Positions 1-9,753 of a stretch of 32,000 bases of DNA are shown here, piece after piece (position 1 is the stretch's first letter; every line of letters begins with the position of its first letter). Where the stretch lies: the NCBI RefSeq assembly GCF_001457595.1, contig NZ_LN831039.1, positions 480,001 to 512,000 on the forward strand, given 5' to 3'. Below the pieces are notes generated by a model. It did not search any database and had not been told where the DNA came from. It worked only from the letters and a program-made list of their open reading frames with translations. Source of the stretch: Mycolicibacterium smegmatis (lineage in GTDB: Bacteria; Actinomycetota; Actinomycetes; Mycobacteriales; Mycobacteriaceae). The position numbers and the translations under genes were made by a program.

Positions 1-2024
1 TGATGGCGGCCCAGCTCGACGAGGCCGGCGGTGTGCTGCTCAACCGGATGATGCGCGACCTCGGTATCGAGGTGCACACCGCGGTGAGCACCCAGAGCAT
101 CGCACCGGCGCAGAAGCGCAAGCCACTGCGCAGGTCCGAGATCGACGACTCGCTGCGGGTATCGCTCGACGACGGCACCGCGATCGACGCGGGCGTGGTG
201 ATCTTCGCCGCCGGCGTGCGTCCTCGCGACGAACTGGCCCGCGAGGCCGGCCTGGACATGGCGCAGCGTGGCGGCGTGCTCACCGATTCGAATTGTGTGA
301 CAAGTGATCCCAACATCTATGCGATCGGCGAGGTGGCCGCCGTCGATGGTCGCTGCTACGGCCTGGTGGCACCGGGTTACACCACGGCCGAGGTGGTCGC
401 CGACCGCCTGCTCGGCGGCTCGGCCGAGTTCCCCGGCGCGGACATGTCGACCAAGCTCAAGCTGCTCGGTGTCGACGTCGCGAGTTTCGGTGATGCCAAG
501 GGGATCACACCGAACTGCCTTGAGGTGGTGGTCAACGACCCGGTCAAGCAGACCTACGCCAAACTGGTGCTCTCCGATGACGCCAAGACCCTGCTGGGCG
601 GCATCCTGGTCGGTGACGCCTCGGCCTACGGCGTGCTGCGGCCCATGGTCGCCAGTGAGCTGCCCGGTGACCCGCTGGCGCTGATCGCCCCGACCACCGG
701 CGGCGACGCTCCCGGCCTCGGTGTGGGGGCGCTGCCGGACATCGCACAGATCTGCTCGTGCAACAACGTCACGAAGGGGGACCTGACCGAGGCCATCGCC
801 GGCGGATGCTGCGATGTCGCCGACCTCAAGAAGTGCACGCTGGCCGGTACGTCGTGCGGGTCCTGTGTTCCGCTGCTCAAGCAACTCCTCGAGGCCCAGG
901 GGGTGGAGCAGTCCAAGGCGCTGTGCGAGCACTTCAGCCAGTCACGCGCCGAGTTGTTCGAGATCATCTCGGCCACCGAGATCCGCACCTTCTCGGGGCT
1001 GATCGAGCGCTTCGGCACCGGAAAAGGTTGCGACATCTGCAAACCCACGATCGCGTCGATCCTGGCATCGACGAGTTCGGACCACATCCTCGACGGTGAG
1101 CAGGCCGCGCTGCAGGACAGCAACGACCACTTCCTGGCCAACATCCAACGCAACGGCAGCTACTCGGTGGTGCCCCGCGTGCCCGGCGGAGACATCACGC
1201 CCGAACAGCTGATCCTGATCGGCGAGATCGCAAGGGATTTCGGCCTCTACACCAAGATCACCGGCGGCCAGCGCATCGACATGTTCGGCGCGCGGGTCGA
1301 GCAGTTGCCCGAGATCTGGCGACGACTGGTCGAAGGCGGCATGGAGTCCGGCCATGCCTACGGCAAATCGCTGCGCACTGTGAAGAGTTGCGTGGGGAGT
1401 GACTGGTGCCGCTACGGACAACAGGATTCGGTCCAGATGGCCATCAACCTCGAGTTGCGGTACCGCGGTCTGCGCGCACCGCACAAGATCAAGATGGGTG
1501 TTTCGGGTTGTGCACGCGAGTGTGCCGAGGCCCGTGGCAAGGACGTCGGCGTCATCGCGACCGACAGTGGGTGGAACCTCTACGTCGGCGGCAACGGCGG
1601 CATGACGCCGCGGCATGCGCAACTGCTGGCGGGCGATCTCGACGACGAGACCCTGATCCGCTACATCGACCGGTTCCTCATGTTTTACATCCGCACGGCG
1701 GACCGGTTGCAACGCACGGCGCCGTGGGTCGAGGCCCTCGACGGCGGCATCGATCACCTCCGCGATGTCGTGTGCGACGATTCGCTCGGCCTGGCCGAGG
1801 AGTTCGAGGCCGCGATGGCCCGCCACGTCGAGGGTTACGCCTGCGAGTGGAAAGGCGTGCTGCAAGACCCTGACAAGCTCGCGCGTTTCGTCTCGTTCGT
1901 CAATGCGCCCGACACCCCCGATCCGACCGTCTCGTTCACCGAGCGCAGCGGACGCAAGGTTCCCGACCTGCGTCCGGTATCCATCGGAATGCCCACGATC
2001 CGGCCACTACAGGAGATGTCATGA
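1..2024 (+). CDS. nirB: Nitrite reductase (NADH) large subunit, C-terminal ~673 aa (5' end outside window)
   Basis: Continuous ORF. Contains a pyridine nucleotide-disulfide oxidoreductase segment, BFD-type [2Fe-2S] Cys cluster (ICSCNNVTKGDLTEAIAGGCCDVADLKKCTLAGTSCGSC) and siroheme/4Fe-4S motifs (CVGSDWCRYG...GVSGCARECAEA). The stop overlaps the nirD ATG by 4 nt (ATGA). Confidence 0.96.
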   Translation, partial: MAAQLDEAGGVLLNRMMRDLGIEVHTAVSTQSIAPAQKRKPLRRSEIDDSLRVSLDDGTAIDAGVVIFAAGVRPRDELAREAGLDMAQRGGVLTDSNCVTSDPNIYAIGEVAAVDGRCYGLVAPGYTTAEVVADRLLGGSAEFPGADMSTKLKLLGVDVASFGDAKGITPNCLEVVVNDPVKQTYAKLVLSDDAKTLLGGILVGDASAYGVLRPMVASELPGDPLALIAPTTGGDAPGLGVGALPDIAQICSCNNVTKGDLTEAIAGGCCDVADLKKCTLAGTSCGSCVPLLKQLLEAQGVEQSKALCEHFSQSRAELFEIISATEIRTFSGLIERFGTGKGCDICKPTIASILASTSSDHILDGEQAALQDSNDHFLANIQRNGSYSVVPRVPGGDITPEQLILIGEIARDFGLYTKITGGQRIDMFGARVEQLPEIWRRLVEGGMESGHAYGKSLRTVKSCVGSDWCRYGQQDSVQMAINLELRYRGLRAPHKIKMGVSGCARECAEARGKDVGVIATDSGWNLYVGGNGGMTPRHAQLLAGDLDDETLIRYIDRFLMFYIRTADRLQRTAPWVEALDGGIDHLRDVVCDDSLGLAEEFEAAMARHVEGYACEWKGVLQDPDKLARFVSFVNAPDTPDPTVSFTERSGRKVPDLRPVSIGMPTIRPLQEMS

Positions 2025-2389
2025 CGCTGACCGACGATCGTAAGGACGTTGTCGCCCAGACACACTCGGAGTGGACCAGGGCGTGTGCCTACGACTTCCT
2101 CATACCGGGACGCGGTGTCGCGGTGCTGTTGGCCGACGGATCGCAGGCCGCCTTGTTCAAGCTGGATGACGGTTCGGTGCACGCCATCGGCAACATCGAC
2201 CCGTTCTCGGGCGCCGCGGTGATGTCGCGTGGGATCACCGGTGACCGCGGCGGCTGCCTGACGGTGCAGTCGCCCATCAAGAAGCAGGCGTTCGCGCTCG
2301 TCGACGGGGTCTGCCTCGACGATCCCGAGGTGTCGCTGCCGGTGTACCGGACGAGGATCTCCGCCGACGGTTTCGTGGAGATCGCCTGA
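2021..2389 (+). CDS. nirD: Nitrite reductase (NADH) small subunit, 122 aa
   Basis: Directly coupled to nirB; NirD/Rieske-like small subunit sequence (VAVLLADGSQAALFKLDDGSVHAIGNIDPFSGAAVMSRGI...SPIKKQAFALVDGVCLDDP). Confidence 0.95.
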   Translation: MTLTDDRKDVVAQTHSEWTRACAYDFLIPGRGVAVLLADGSQAALFKLDDGSVHAIGNIDPFSGAAVMSRGITGDRGGCLTVQSPIKKQAFALVDGVCLDDPEVSLPVYRTRISADGFVEIA

Positions 2390-2403
2390 GCACTGCCGCC
2401 CGG

Positions 2404-2814
2404 TCAGCCGATGTGCTCACTGGCGGCAAGCCAGTGTGTGTCGCGCCCGGAGGATTTGCTGCGGCGTACGTCGCCGCGGCGCTCCAGCACCGTCAGGTTG
2501 CGGTACACGGCCTCGATCACGACCGGATCGCCGAACCTCTCGCGTACGTCATCGCGCAGTTGCGCGGTGGACTTCGACTGTCTCGTATCGCTCAACACTG
2601 CCATCAGTTGCTGTCGTAGCCGCTCGGCCGGCGTCGGATCAGGCACTGGCGCTGCCGGTTCGGCTGCGGTTGCGCGCCGCGCTGGCCGGTGTTGTGTGCT
2701 GCACCGAAGTCTTACCCCCACAAAATGTCGAACGATCGTGGACACGATAGCTGAGTTCAAGTCGGCAACCCGCAACCGCCCTGTTCCGGACCCTGGAACC
2801 GGCGCATCCGTCAA
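2404..2814 (-). CDS. Hypothetical protein with a Fur/winged-helix-like C-terminal half; start codon uncertain
   Basis: ORF of 136 aa. The C-terminal part LRQQLMAVLSDTRQSKSTAQLRDDVRERFGDPVVIEAVYRNLTVLERRGDVRR resembles a helix-turn-helix layout. The N-terminal 50 aa are low confidence, and the first codon would be TTG. Confidence 0.45.
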   Translation of the reverse strand: MTDAPVPGSGTGRLRVADLNSAIVSTIVRHFVGVRLRCSTQHRPARRATAAEPAAPVPDPTPAERLRQQLMAVLSDTRQSKSTAQLRDDVRERFGDPVVIEAVYRNLTVLERRGDVRRSKSSGRDTHWLAASEHIG

Positions 2815-2991
2815 TTAATTGCCTGAGTAAATACCAGAACAACCGGTGTTTGAGACGCCGTATTCCTGGGAATCCCGGCAGGGCGAACGTTGGAAGCCCG
2901 TGATGTCCCTCATGACTGGCTAACTAGATTTGTTCGCTGGCGGTGTTTATCATCGCCTCAGGGTAGATCGATGACAAAAGGCTGAAGAGGG

Positions 2992-3615
2992 ATGTTGGGG
3001 CGTTCGTTTCTGAACCTGGTCGGCACTGCGGCAGTGCTGGGGGCTCTGATTGCTGCAGCAATGCCACTCGGCCTGAGTGCCGTCGACCGCGCCGGTTCGC
3101 CGATTCCGTGTGGCACCGCGCTGAACCCGGACTACCGGGTCGCCGCGAAGGAAGACCTGCTGAACCACGATCAGTTCACGCTCGTCGGACCGGTGTTTGC
3201 CACCAGCGATTACAAAGGGCAGTGTGCCGAAATCGTCGGTCAGCGCAGAATGGCCGCCATGTCGGTGGCGGGCGGCGGAATCCTGATTTTGCTCACGGTG
3301 TTCACCGCGCCGTTTGCGGCGCAAGCCGCGGCACGCGTCGTCGCCTCACGCCGCAGCAGGCAGGCTGAGAACGCCGGCCCGGCGGAACCGGTTCGCGACG
3401 AGCCGGACCATGCCCCCGTGGGTGCCCAGTGGAGCGGTTACCAGGTCGGCGCCGGCCTCACGCAGCCGATCCTGGAAAAGACCCTCGGCGAGCAGATAGG
3501 AAGCCACGACTATGCGGCGGTCGCTGCGGCGGCGCTGCGCCGCGACGGCGTCGGCGATCCTCGGAGCGCCGGTGGCGGCGTAGGCCAGCTCTACGCGGTC
3601 GCCGGTAACGGCTGA
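2992..3615 (+). CDS. Hypothetical membrane protein (two predicted hydrophobic segments), 207 aa as drawn; 3' extent questionable
   Basis: ATG preceded by gaagagg. Hydrophobic segments near residues 9-30 and 90-112, with two Cys between them (PCGTALN, KGQCAEI). The last ~90 codons run antisense over the 3' end of the cbiX-like gene. Confidence 0.6.
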   Translation: MLGRSFLNLVGTAAVLGALIAAAMPLGLSAVDRAGSPIPCGTALNPDYRVAAKEDLLNHDQFTLVGPVFATSDYKGQCAEIVGQRRMAAMSVAGGGILILLTVFTAPFAAQAAARVVASRRSRQAENAGPAEPVRDEPDHAPVGAQWSGYQVGAGLTQPILEKTLGEQIGSHDYAAVAAAALRRDGVGDPRSAGGGVGQLYAVAGNG

Positions 3616-4041
3616 CAGCATCGCGGCGGTCCGGCGCAGATCGGACTGTGCGTACGGGTCCGAGGTGCCGGCTGCGGCCAGGATCACCGCGTCGCCCGGC
3701 TGCCACCCGGATTCGACGAGCCGATCGGCGAGCACCCGGACGGTCCCGTGACAGGGTCCGAGCGGCGGGGTGACCGTGACGAGCGGATGGCCGCTGGCCG
3801 ACACATGAGCAGGAACGTCGACGCGCACGTGATACCCGGCGGCGAGGAATGCGGGCACCAGCACCACCGGCCGATCGGCCGGCATGGTGTCCAGCACGTC
3901 CCGTGGGGTCGGGCCCAATACGTCGACGAATGCGACCTGGACACTTCGTTCGAGCTGTTCGGCCACCCGCTCGGCGAGATCGGCGATCATCGCGACCCCA
4001 CCGGGTTTGCGGGTGCCGTGCGCCACCAGCAGCAGGCTCAT
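3346..4041 (-). CDS. CbiX/SirB-type sirohydrochlorin chelatase, 231 aa
   Basis: The ORF on this strand is open up to 4656, but the protein starts at MSLLLVAHGTRKPGG (ATG at 4041), overlapping the upstream gene stop by 4 nt. LVAHGT and AHVSASGHPLVTVTPPLG are typical of the CbiX family. Confidence 0.88.
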   Translation of the reverse strand: MSLLLVAHGTRKPGGVAMIADLAERVAEQLERSVQVAFVDVLGPTPRDVLDTMPADRPVVLVPAFLAAGYHVRVDVPAHVSASGHPLVTVTPPLGPCHGTVRVLADRLVESGWQPGDAVILAAAGTSDPYAQSDLRRTAAMLSAVTGDRVELAYAATGAPRIADAVAAQRRRSDRRIVVASYLLAEGLFQDRLREAGADLVTAPLGTHGGMVRLVANRFRRAGVLSLPAAA

Positions 4042-5225
4042 AACGCGCGTGCCATCTCTGTGTCGGTGTCGTCGACCGCCAGCCGATAACCCCTTTTCAC
4101 CACGGTGGACACGATGCTCTTGTCTCCCAATGCAGTTCGAAGGCGCAGCACCGCGGTCTCGACGGCGTGGGTGTCGGTCCCGCTGCCGGGCAGCGCGCCC
4201 AGCAGATCGAAACGTGACACCACCGCGCCGGGCCGGTGCGCGAGCGCCCGGATGGTGGCCATACCCGCGGGGGACAGCGACTTGACCACGCCGTCCACCA
4301 GCACGCAGGTCCCTCGGATCTCGAGGAGGTGACCCGCGACCCGCAACGTACGGGACTGCAGCAGGGGCAACTCGTCGGTGATGTGGCGGGCCAGTGCGCC
4401 CAACCGCATGCGCTCGGGCGCCGACGTGGGAATGCCGAGGCGCACGAGCGGACGCGCCGTGACCGGTCCGACGCACATCGCGTGGACGTCGGTGCGCAGC
4501 GCGGAGACCACCTGCTCGGTCAGTCCCAACTCGGTGGCTCTCATCAGCACCGAGGCGACGGCCGGGGCCGAGGTGAAACTGACTGCGTCGAAGCGCCGTT
4601 CGGCGATGCCTGCGACGAGTTGGTCGAACTCGCCGCCCGGTGGGGCGGGATGCCACCGGTAGACACGGATCGGCACCACCTCTGCACCCGCGACACGCAG
4701 CTCGTCGAGGAACTCAGGGAACGGATCCCAGTCGTCGGTGGCGCCGTGGAGTTGCACGGCGATGCGCCGGCCGTCGACGCCGTGCTCGACGAGGTAGCGG
4801 ACCACCTCGCGGGAGGATTCGGAGTCCGGCGACCACTCCTCCGGCAACCCGGCGGCCCGTAGTGCCCCCGTGGCCTTCGGCCCCCTGGACACGATGCGAG
4901 CCTTGCCCAGCGCCTCGGTCAGCTCGCCGGCCAGGCCCCAGCCGTCGGCTGCGGCGATCCACCCCCGCAACCCGATGCCGGTGGTGGCGACGACGATGTC
5001 GGGCGGGTCGGTGATCAACGACTCGGTGTGTGCCCGCAGTTCGTCGTCGTCGGGCAGCGGCACCATGGTGATCGCGGGCGCGCTGGTCACCGTCGCGCCC
5101 CTCCTGCGCAGCAGGGCGCACAGTTCATCGGCTCGTCGGGCGGAGGTCACCGCCACCCGGAATCCGGTGAGGGGTGCCCAGTCGGGCTCACGCATGCTTC
5201 CTGTGTAGGCAGGCTCTGTTTCCAC
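4038..5225 (-). CDS. nnaR: Uroporphyrinogen-III synthase (HemD)-like domain fused to an OmpR-type winged-helix DNA-binding domain; NnaR-type nitrate/nitrite assimilation regulator
   Basis: N-terminal HemD-like fold (RVAVTSARRADELCALLRRRGATVTSAP, FTSAPAVASVL, CVGPVTARPLVRLGIPTSAPERMRLGAL). C-terminal wing (HLLEIRGTCVLVDGVVKSLSPAGMATIRALAHRPGAVVSR...AVETAVLRLRTALGDKSIVSTVVKRGYRL). Alternative ATG at 5195. Confidence 0.85.
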   Translation of the reverse strand: METEPAYTGSMREPDWAPLTGFRVAVTSARRADELCALLRRRGATVTSAPAITMVPLPDDDELRAHTESLITDPPDIVVATTGIGLRGWIAAADGWGLAGELTEALGKARIVSRGPKATGALRAAGLPEEWSPDSESSREVVRYLVEHGVDGRRIAVQLHGATDDWDPFPEFLDELRVAGAEVVPIRVYRWHPAPPGGEFDQLVAGIAERRFDAVSFTSAPAVASVLMRATELGLTEQVVSALRTDVHAMCVGPVTARPLVRLGIPTSAPERMRLGALARHITDELPLLQSRTLRVAGHLLEIRGTCVLVDGVVKSLSPAGMATIRALAHRPGAVVSRFDLLGALPGSGTDTHAVETAVLRLRTALGDKSIVSTVVKRGYRLAVDDTDTEMARAL

Positions 5226-5229
5226 GGCG

Positions 5230-6639
5230 TTACCCCGCGATTGCTGGGGCGTGTCGCTCGGTCCCTGTGACCGGCATCGCAGCGGGGCGGCGCACGTAGC
5301 AGAACCAGGTCACCACCGACGCCAGCACGTAGAACGCCAGGAAGATCCAGAACGCGGTGGTCGCCGAACCGCTGGATAGGTAGGACTGCCGCAACGCCAT
5401 GTTGATCCCCACGCCGCCCAGCGCCCCGACCGCACCCGCGAAGCCGATGAGCGCACCGGACATCGACCGCGACCAGTGCCTGCGCTCGTCCTCGCTGACG
5501 TCCAGCGAGTGGCTGCGCGCCTCGAAGATCGACGGGATCATCTTGTACACCGAACCGTTGCCGATACCGCTGAGCAGGAACAGCGCGATGAAACCGACGA
5601 CGTAGCCGCCCATCATCAGTCCGGTGGCGGCCTCGCTGCTGCCGTCGGAGACCGTGCTGACCGCGACCAGCAGACCGGCGCCCAGGATCATCCCGGCGAA
5701 CACCGCCAGGGTGACCCGCCCGCCGCCGATGCGGTCGGCGAGCTTGCCGCCGTACACCCGCGACAGGGAGCCCAGCAGCGGACCGATGAAGGCGATCTGC
5801 GCGGCGTGCAGCGACGCCTGAGCCGGGGTCTGGCCGCCGGAGATGAAGTTGATCTGCAACACCTGGCCGAACGCGAACGCGAACCCGATGAACGATCCGA
5901 ACGTGCCGATGTAGAGCAACGAGATGATCCACGTATCCCGTTCGCCCAGAATCGCTTTCATGGCACCGAGATCGATCTTGTGATGCTCGAGGTTGTCCAT
6001 GTACAGCGCCGCGCCCAGGCCCGCCACGGCAAGGGCGACCAGGTAGACCGCGCACACCCAGTACGGGGCCCGGTTGCCCGCCGTCGCGATCACGAACAGG
6101 CCCACCAACTGGATCATCGGGACGCCGATGTTGCCCCCGCCCGCGTTGAGTCCCAGCGCCCAGCCCTTGAGCCGCTGCGGGTAGAAGGCGTTGATGTTGG
6201 TCATCGACGACGCGAAGTTGCCCCCGCCGAAGCCGGCCAGCGCGGCGCACACCAGGTACGGCCACAGCGGCAGGCCCGGGTTGGCCATCAACACGACGGT
6301 CATCACGGTCGGGATCAGCAGCACGAGTGCGGAGAACACCGTCCAGTTGCGACCGCCGAACGTCGCGGTGGCCAGCGTGTACGGGATGCGCAGGCACGAC
6401 CCGACCAGGGTGGCCGTGGCCCCGAGCAGGAACTTGTCACCCGCCGAGAACCCGTAGACGGCCTCGGGCATGAACAGCACCATCACCGACCAGATCGACC
6501 AGATGGAGAAGCCGATGTGCTCGGCGACCACCGACCAGATCAGGTTGCGACGTGCGACGTACTTGTTGCCGGCCTCCCAGGCCACGACGTCCTCGGGATC
6601 CCAGTTCGTGATGCGCTTCGGCTTGAGCAGAGTGGGCAT
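5230..6639 (-). CDS. narK: MFS nitrate/nitrite transporter, 469 aa
   Basis: NarK/NasA family MFS sequence (GNFASSMTNINAFYPQRLKGWALGLNAGGGNIGVPMIQLVG; LSGIGNGSVYKMIPSIF). Confidence 0.94.
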   Translation of the reverse strand: MPTLLKPKRITNWDPEDVVAWEAGNKYVARRNLIWSVVAEHIGFSIWSIWSVMVLFMPEAVYGFSAGDKFLLGATATLVGSCLRIPYTLATATFGGRNWTVFSALVLLIPTVMTVVLMANPGLPLWPYLVCAALAGFGGGNFASSMTNINAFYPQRLKGWALGLNAGGGNIGVPMIQLVGLFVIATAGNRAPYWVCAVYLVALAVAGLGAALYMDNLEHHKIDLGAMKAILGERDTWIISLLYIGTFGSFIGFAFAFGQVLQINFISGGQTPAQASLHAAQIAFIGPLLGSLSRVYGGKLADRIGGGRVTLAVFAGMILGAGLLVAVSTVSDGSSEAATGLMMGGYVVGFIALFLLSGIGNGSVYKMIPSIFEARSHSLDVSEDERRHWSRSMSGALIGFAGAVGALGGVGINMALRQSYLSSGSATTAFWIFLAFYVLASVVTWFCYVRRPAAMPVTGTERHAPAIAG

Positions 6640-6727
6640 GCGAGCACGCTAGAAAGCGATTATTGCCCCGACACTGCGCGCGATGACCCGGCCGTGAAAT
6701 TCCGCTCACCTGGATCGGCGGGCAGGT

Positions 6728-6743
6728 GTGAGAAAGCCGTTAC
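6728..6743 (-). promoter_or_regulatory. Candidate GlnR-like box upstream of narK (GTAAC-GGCTTTCTC-ACAC, an AC-n9-AC spacing)
   Basis: Seen on the minus strand about 90-105 nt upstream of the narK start. Matches the loose AC-n9-AC arrangement described for actinobacterial GlnR sites. Confidence 0.35.
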
Positions 6744-6747
6744 GCGG

Positions 6748-8983
<2,236 letters not shown>

Positions 8984-8997
8984 CTACCCGCGGGTAG
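8984..8997. promoter_or_regulatory. Perfect 14-bp palindrome CTACCCGCGGGTAG just upstream of the pxpB/kipI-like start
   Basis: Direct reading: CTACCCG and its exact reverse complement, ending 10-23 nt upstream of the 8974 start. Confidence 0.4.
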
Positions 8998-9048
8998 CTA
9001 AGAACGGTACGGCTCTGTGAGCCTTGCCAGAGCTGCCTTACCGAAGCC

Positions 9049-9729
9049 TCACACGGCGACCTGATACGTGGGTTCGGAGCGCTTGACGAACGCGATGACG
9101 CGGTAGGTCACCGGCAGCATGAGCACCTCTACGGCGGTCTTGTAGAACCAGCCGAGCGCGGTGTAGGTCACGAAGTCGCCGAATGTCGAGATGCCGATCG
9201 CACCCGCGGCGATCGCACAGAACACCAGCGTGTCGCCGAGCTGACCGGCGAACGTCGATCCGATCAGGCGCGCCCAGAGATGTTTCTCCTTGGTCCGCTG
9301 TTTGATGGCGACGACGACCCAGGCGTTGATGGTCTGCCCGACGAGGAACCCGGCCAGGCCGGCGACGATCAGCTGTGTGTAGGCGCCGACGACGTTCTCG
9401 AAGTGCTCCTGATTGGTGTAGAAGTCGGCCGCGGGCAGATAGACGGTGACCCAGAACGCGAGCGCGGCCAGCGCGTTCATCGCGAAACCGAGCAGGATCG
9501 CGCGACGTGCGGCCTTGAAGCCGTACACCTCCGACAGCACGTCGCCGATCACGTAGGTCAGCGGGAACACGATGAACCCGCCGTCGGTGATGATCGGTCC
9601 GAACGCCACGCCTTTGGTGGCGGTGACGTTGGAGATGATCACCAGGGCCGTGAAGACCGCGACGAACATCGGATAGTAGGCCGATCCGACGGAGGCGGTG
9701 CCGCGGTGCTCGGGTTCGGGAATGCTCAC
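9049..9729 (-). CDS. yhhQ: Queuosine precursor transporter (YhhQ/VUT family), 226 aa
   Basis: FTALVIISNVTATKGVAFG...GGFIVFPLTYVIGDVLSEVYGFKAARRAILLGF...INAWVVVAIKQRTKEKHLWARLIGSTFAGQLGDTLVF is characteristic of the family. Confidence 0.88.
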   Translation of the reverse strand: MSIPEPEHRGTASVGSAYYPMFVAVFTALVIISNVTATKGVAFGPIITDGGFIVFPLTYVIGDVLSEVYGFKAARRAILLGFAMNALAALAFWVTVYLPAADFYTNQEHFENVVGAYTQLIVAGLAGFLVGQTINAWVVVAIKQRTKEKHLWARLIGSTFAGQLGDTLVFCAIAAGAIGISTFGDFVTYTALGWFYKTAVEVLMLPVTYRVIAFVKRSEPTYQVAV

Positions 9730-9753
9730 TCGGCCTATCTTCTCAGGCCGTGC

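Noticed and set aside
3346-4656. Full 436-aa version of the chelatase ORF
   Set aside because: The N-terminal ~205 codons overlap the nnaR-like gene in another frame; the recognisable CbiX protein starts at 4041.
9730-9753. Possible preQ1/preQ0 riboswitch before the yhhQ-like gene
   Set aside because: Only 24 nt separate it from the upstream gene and no aptamer-like structure is visible.
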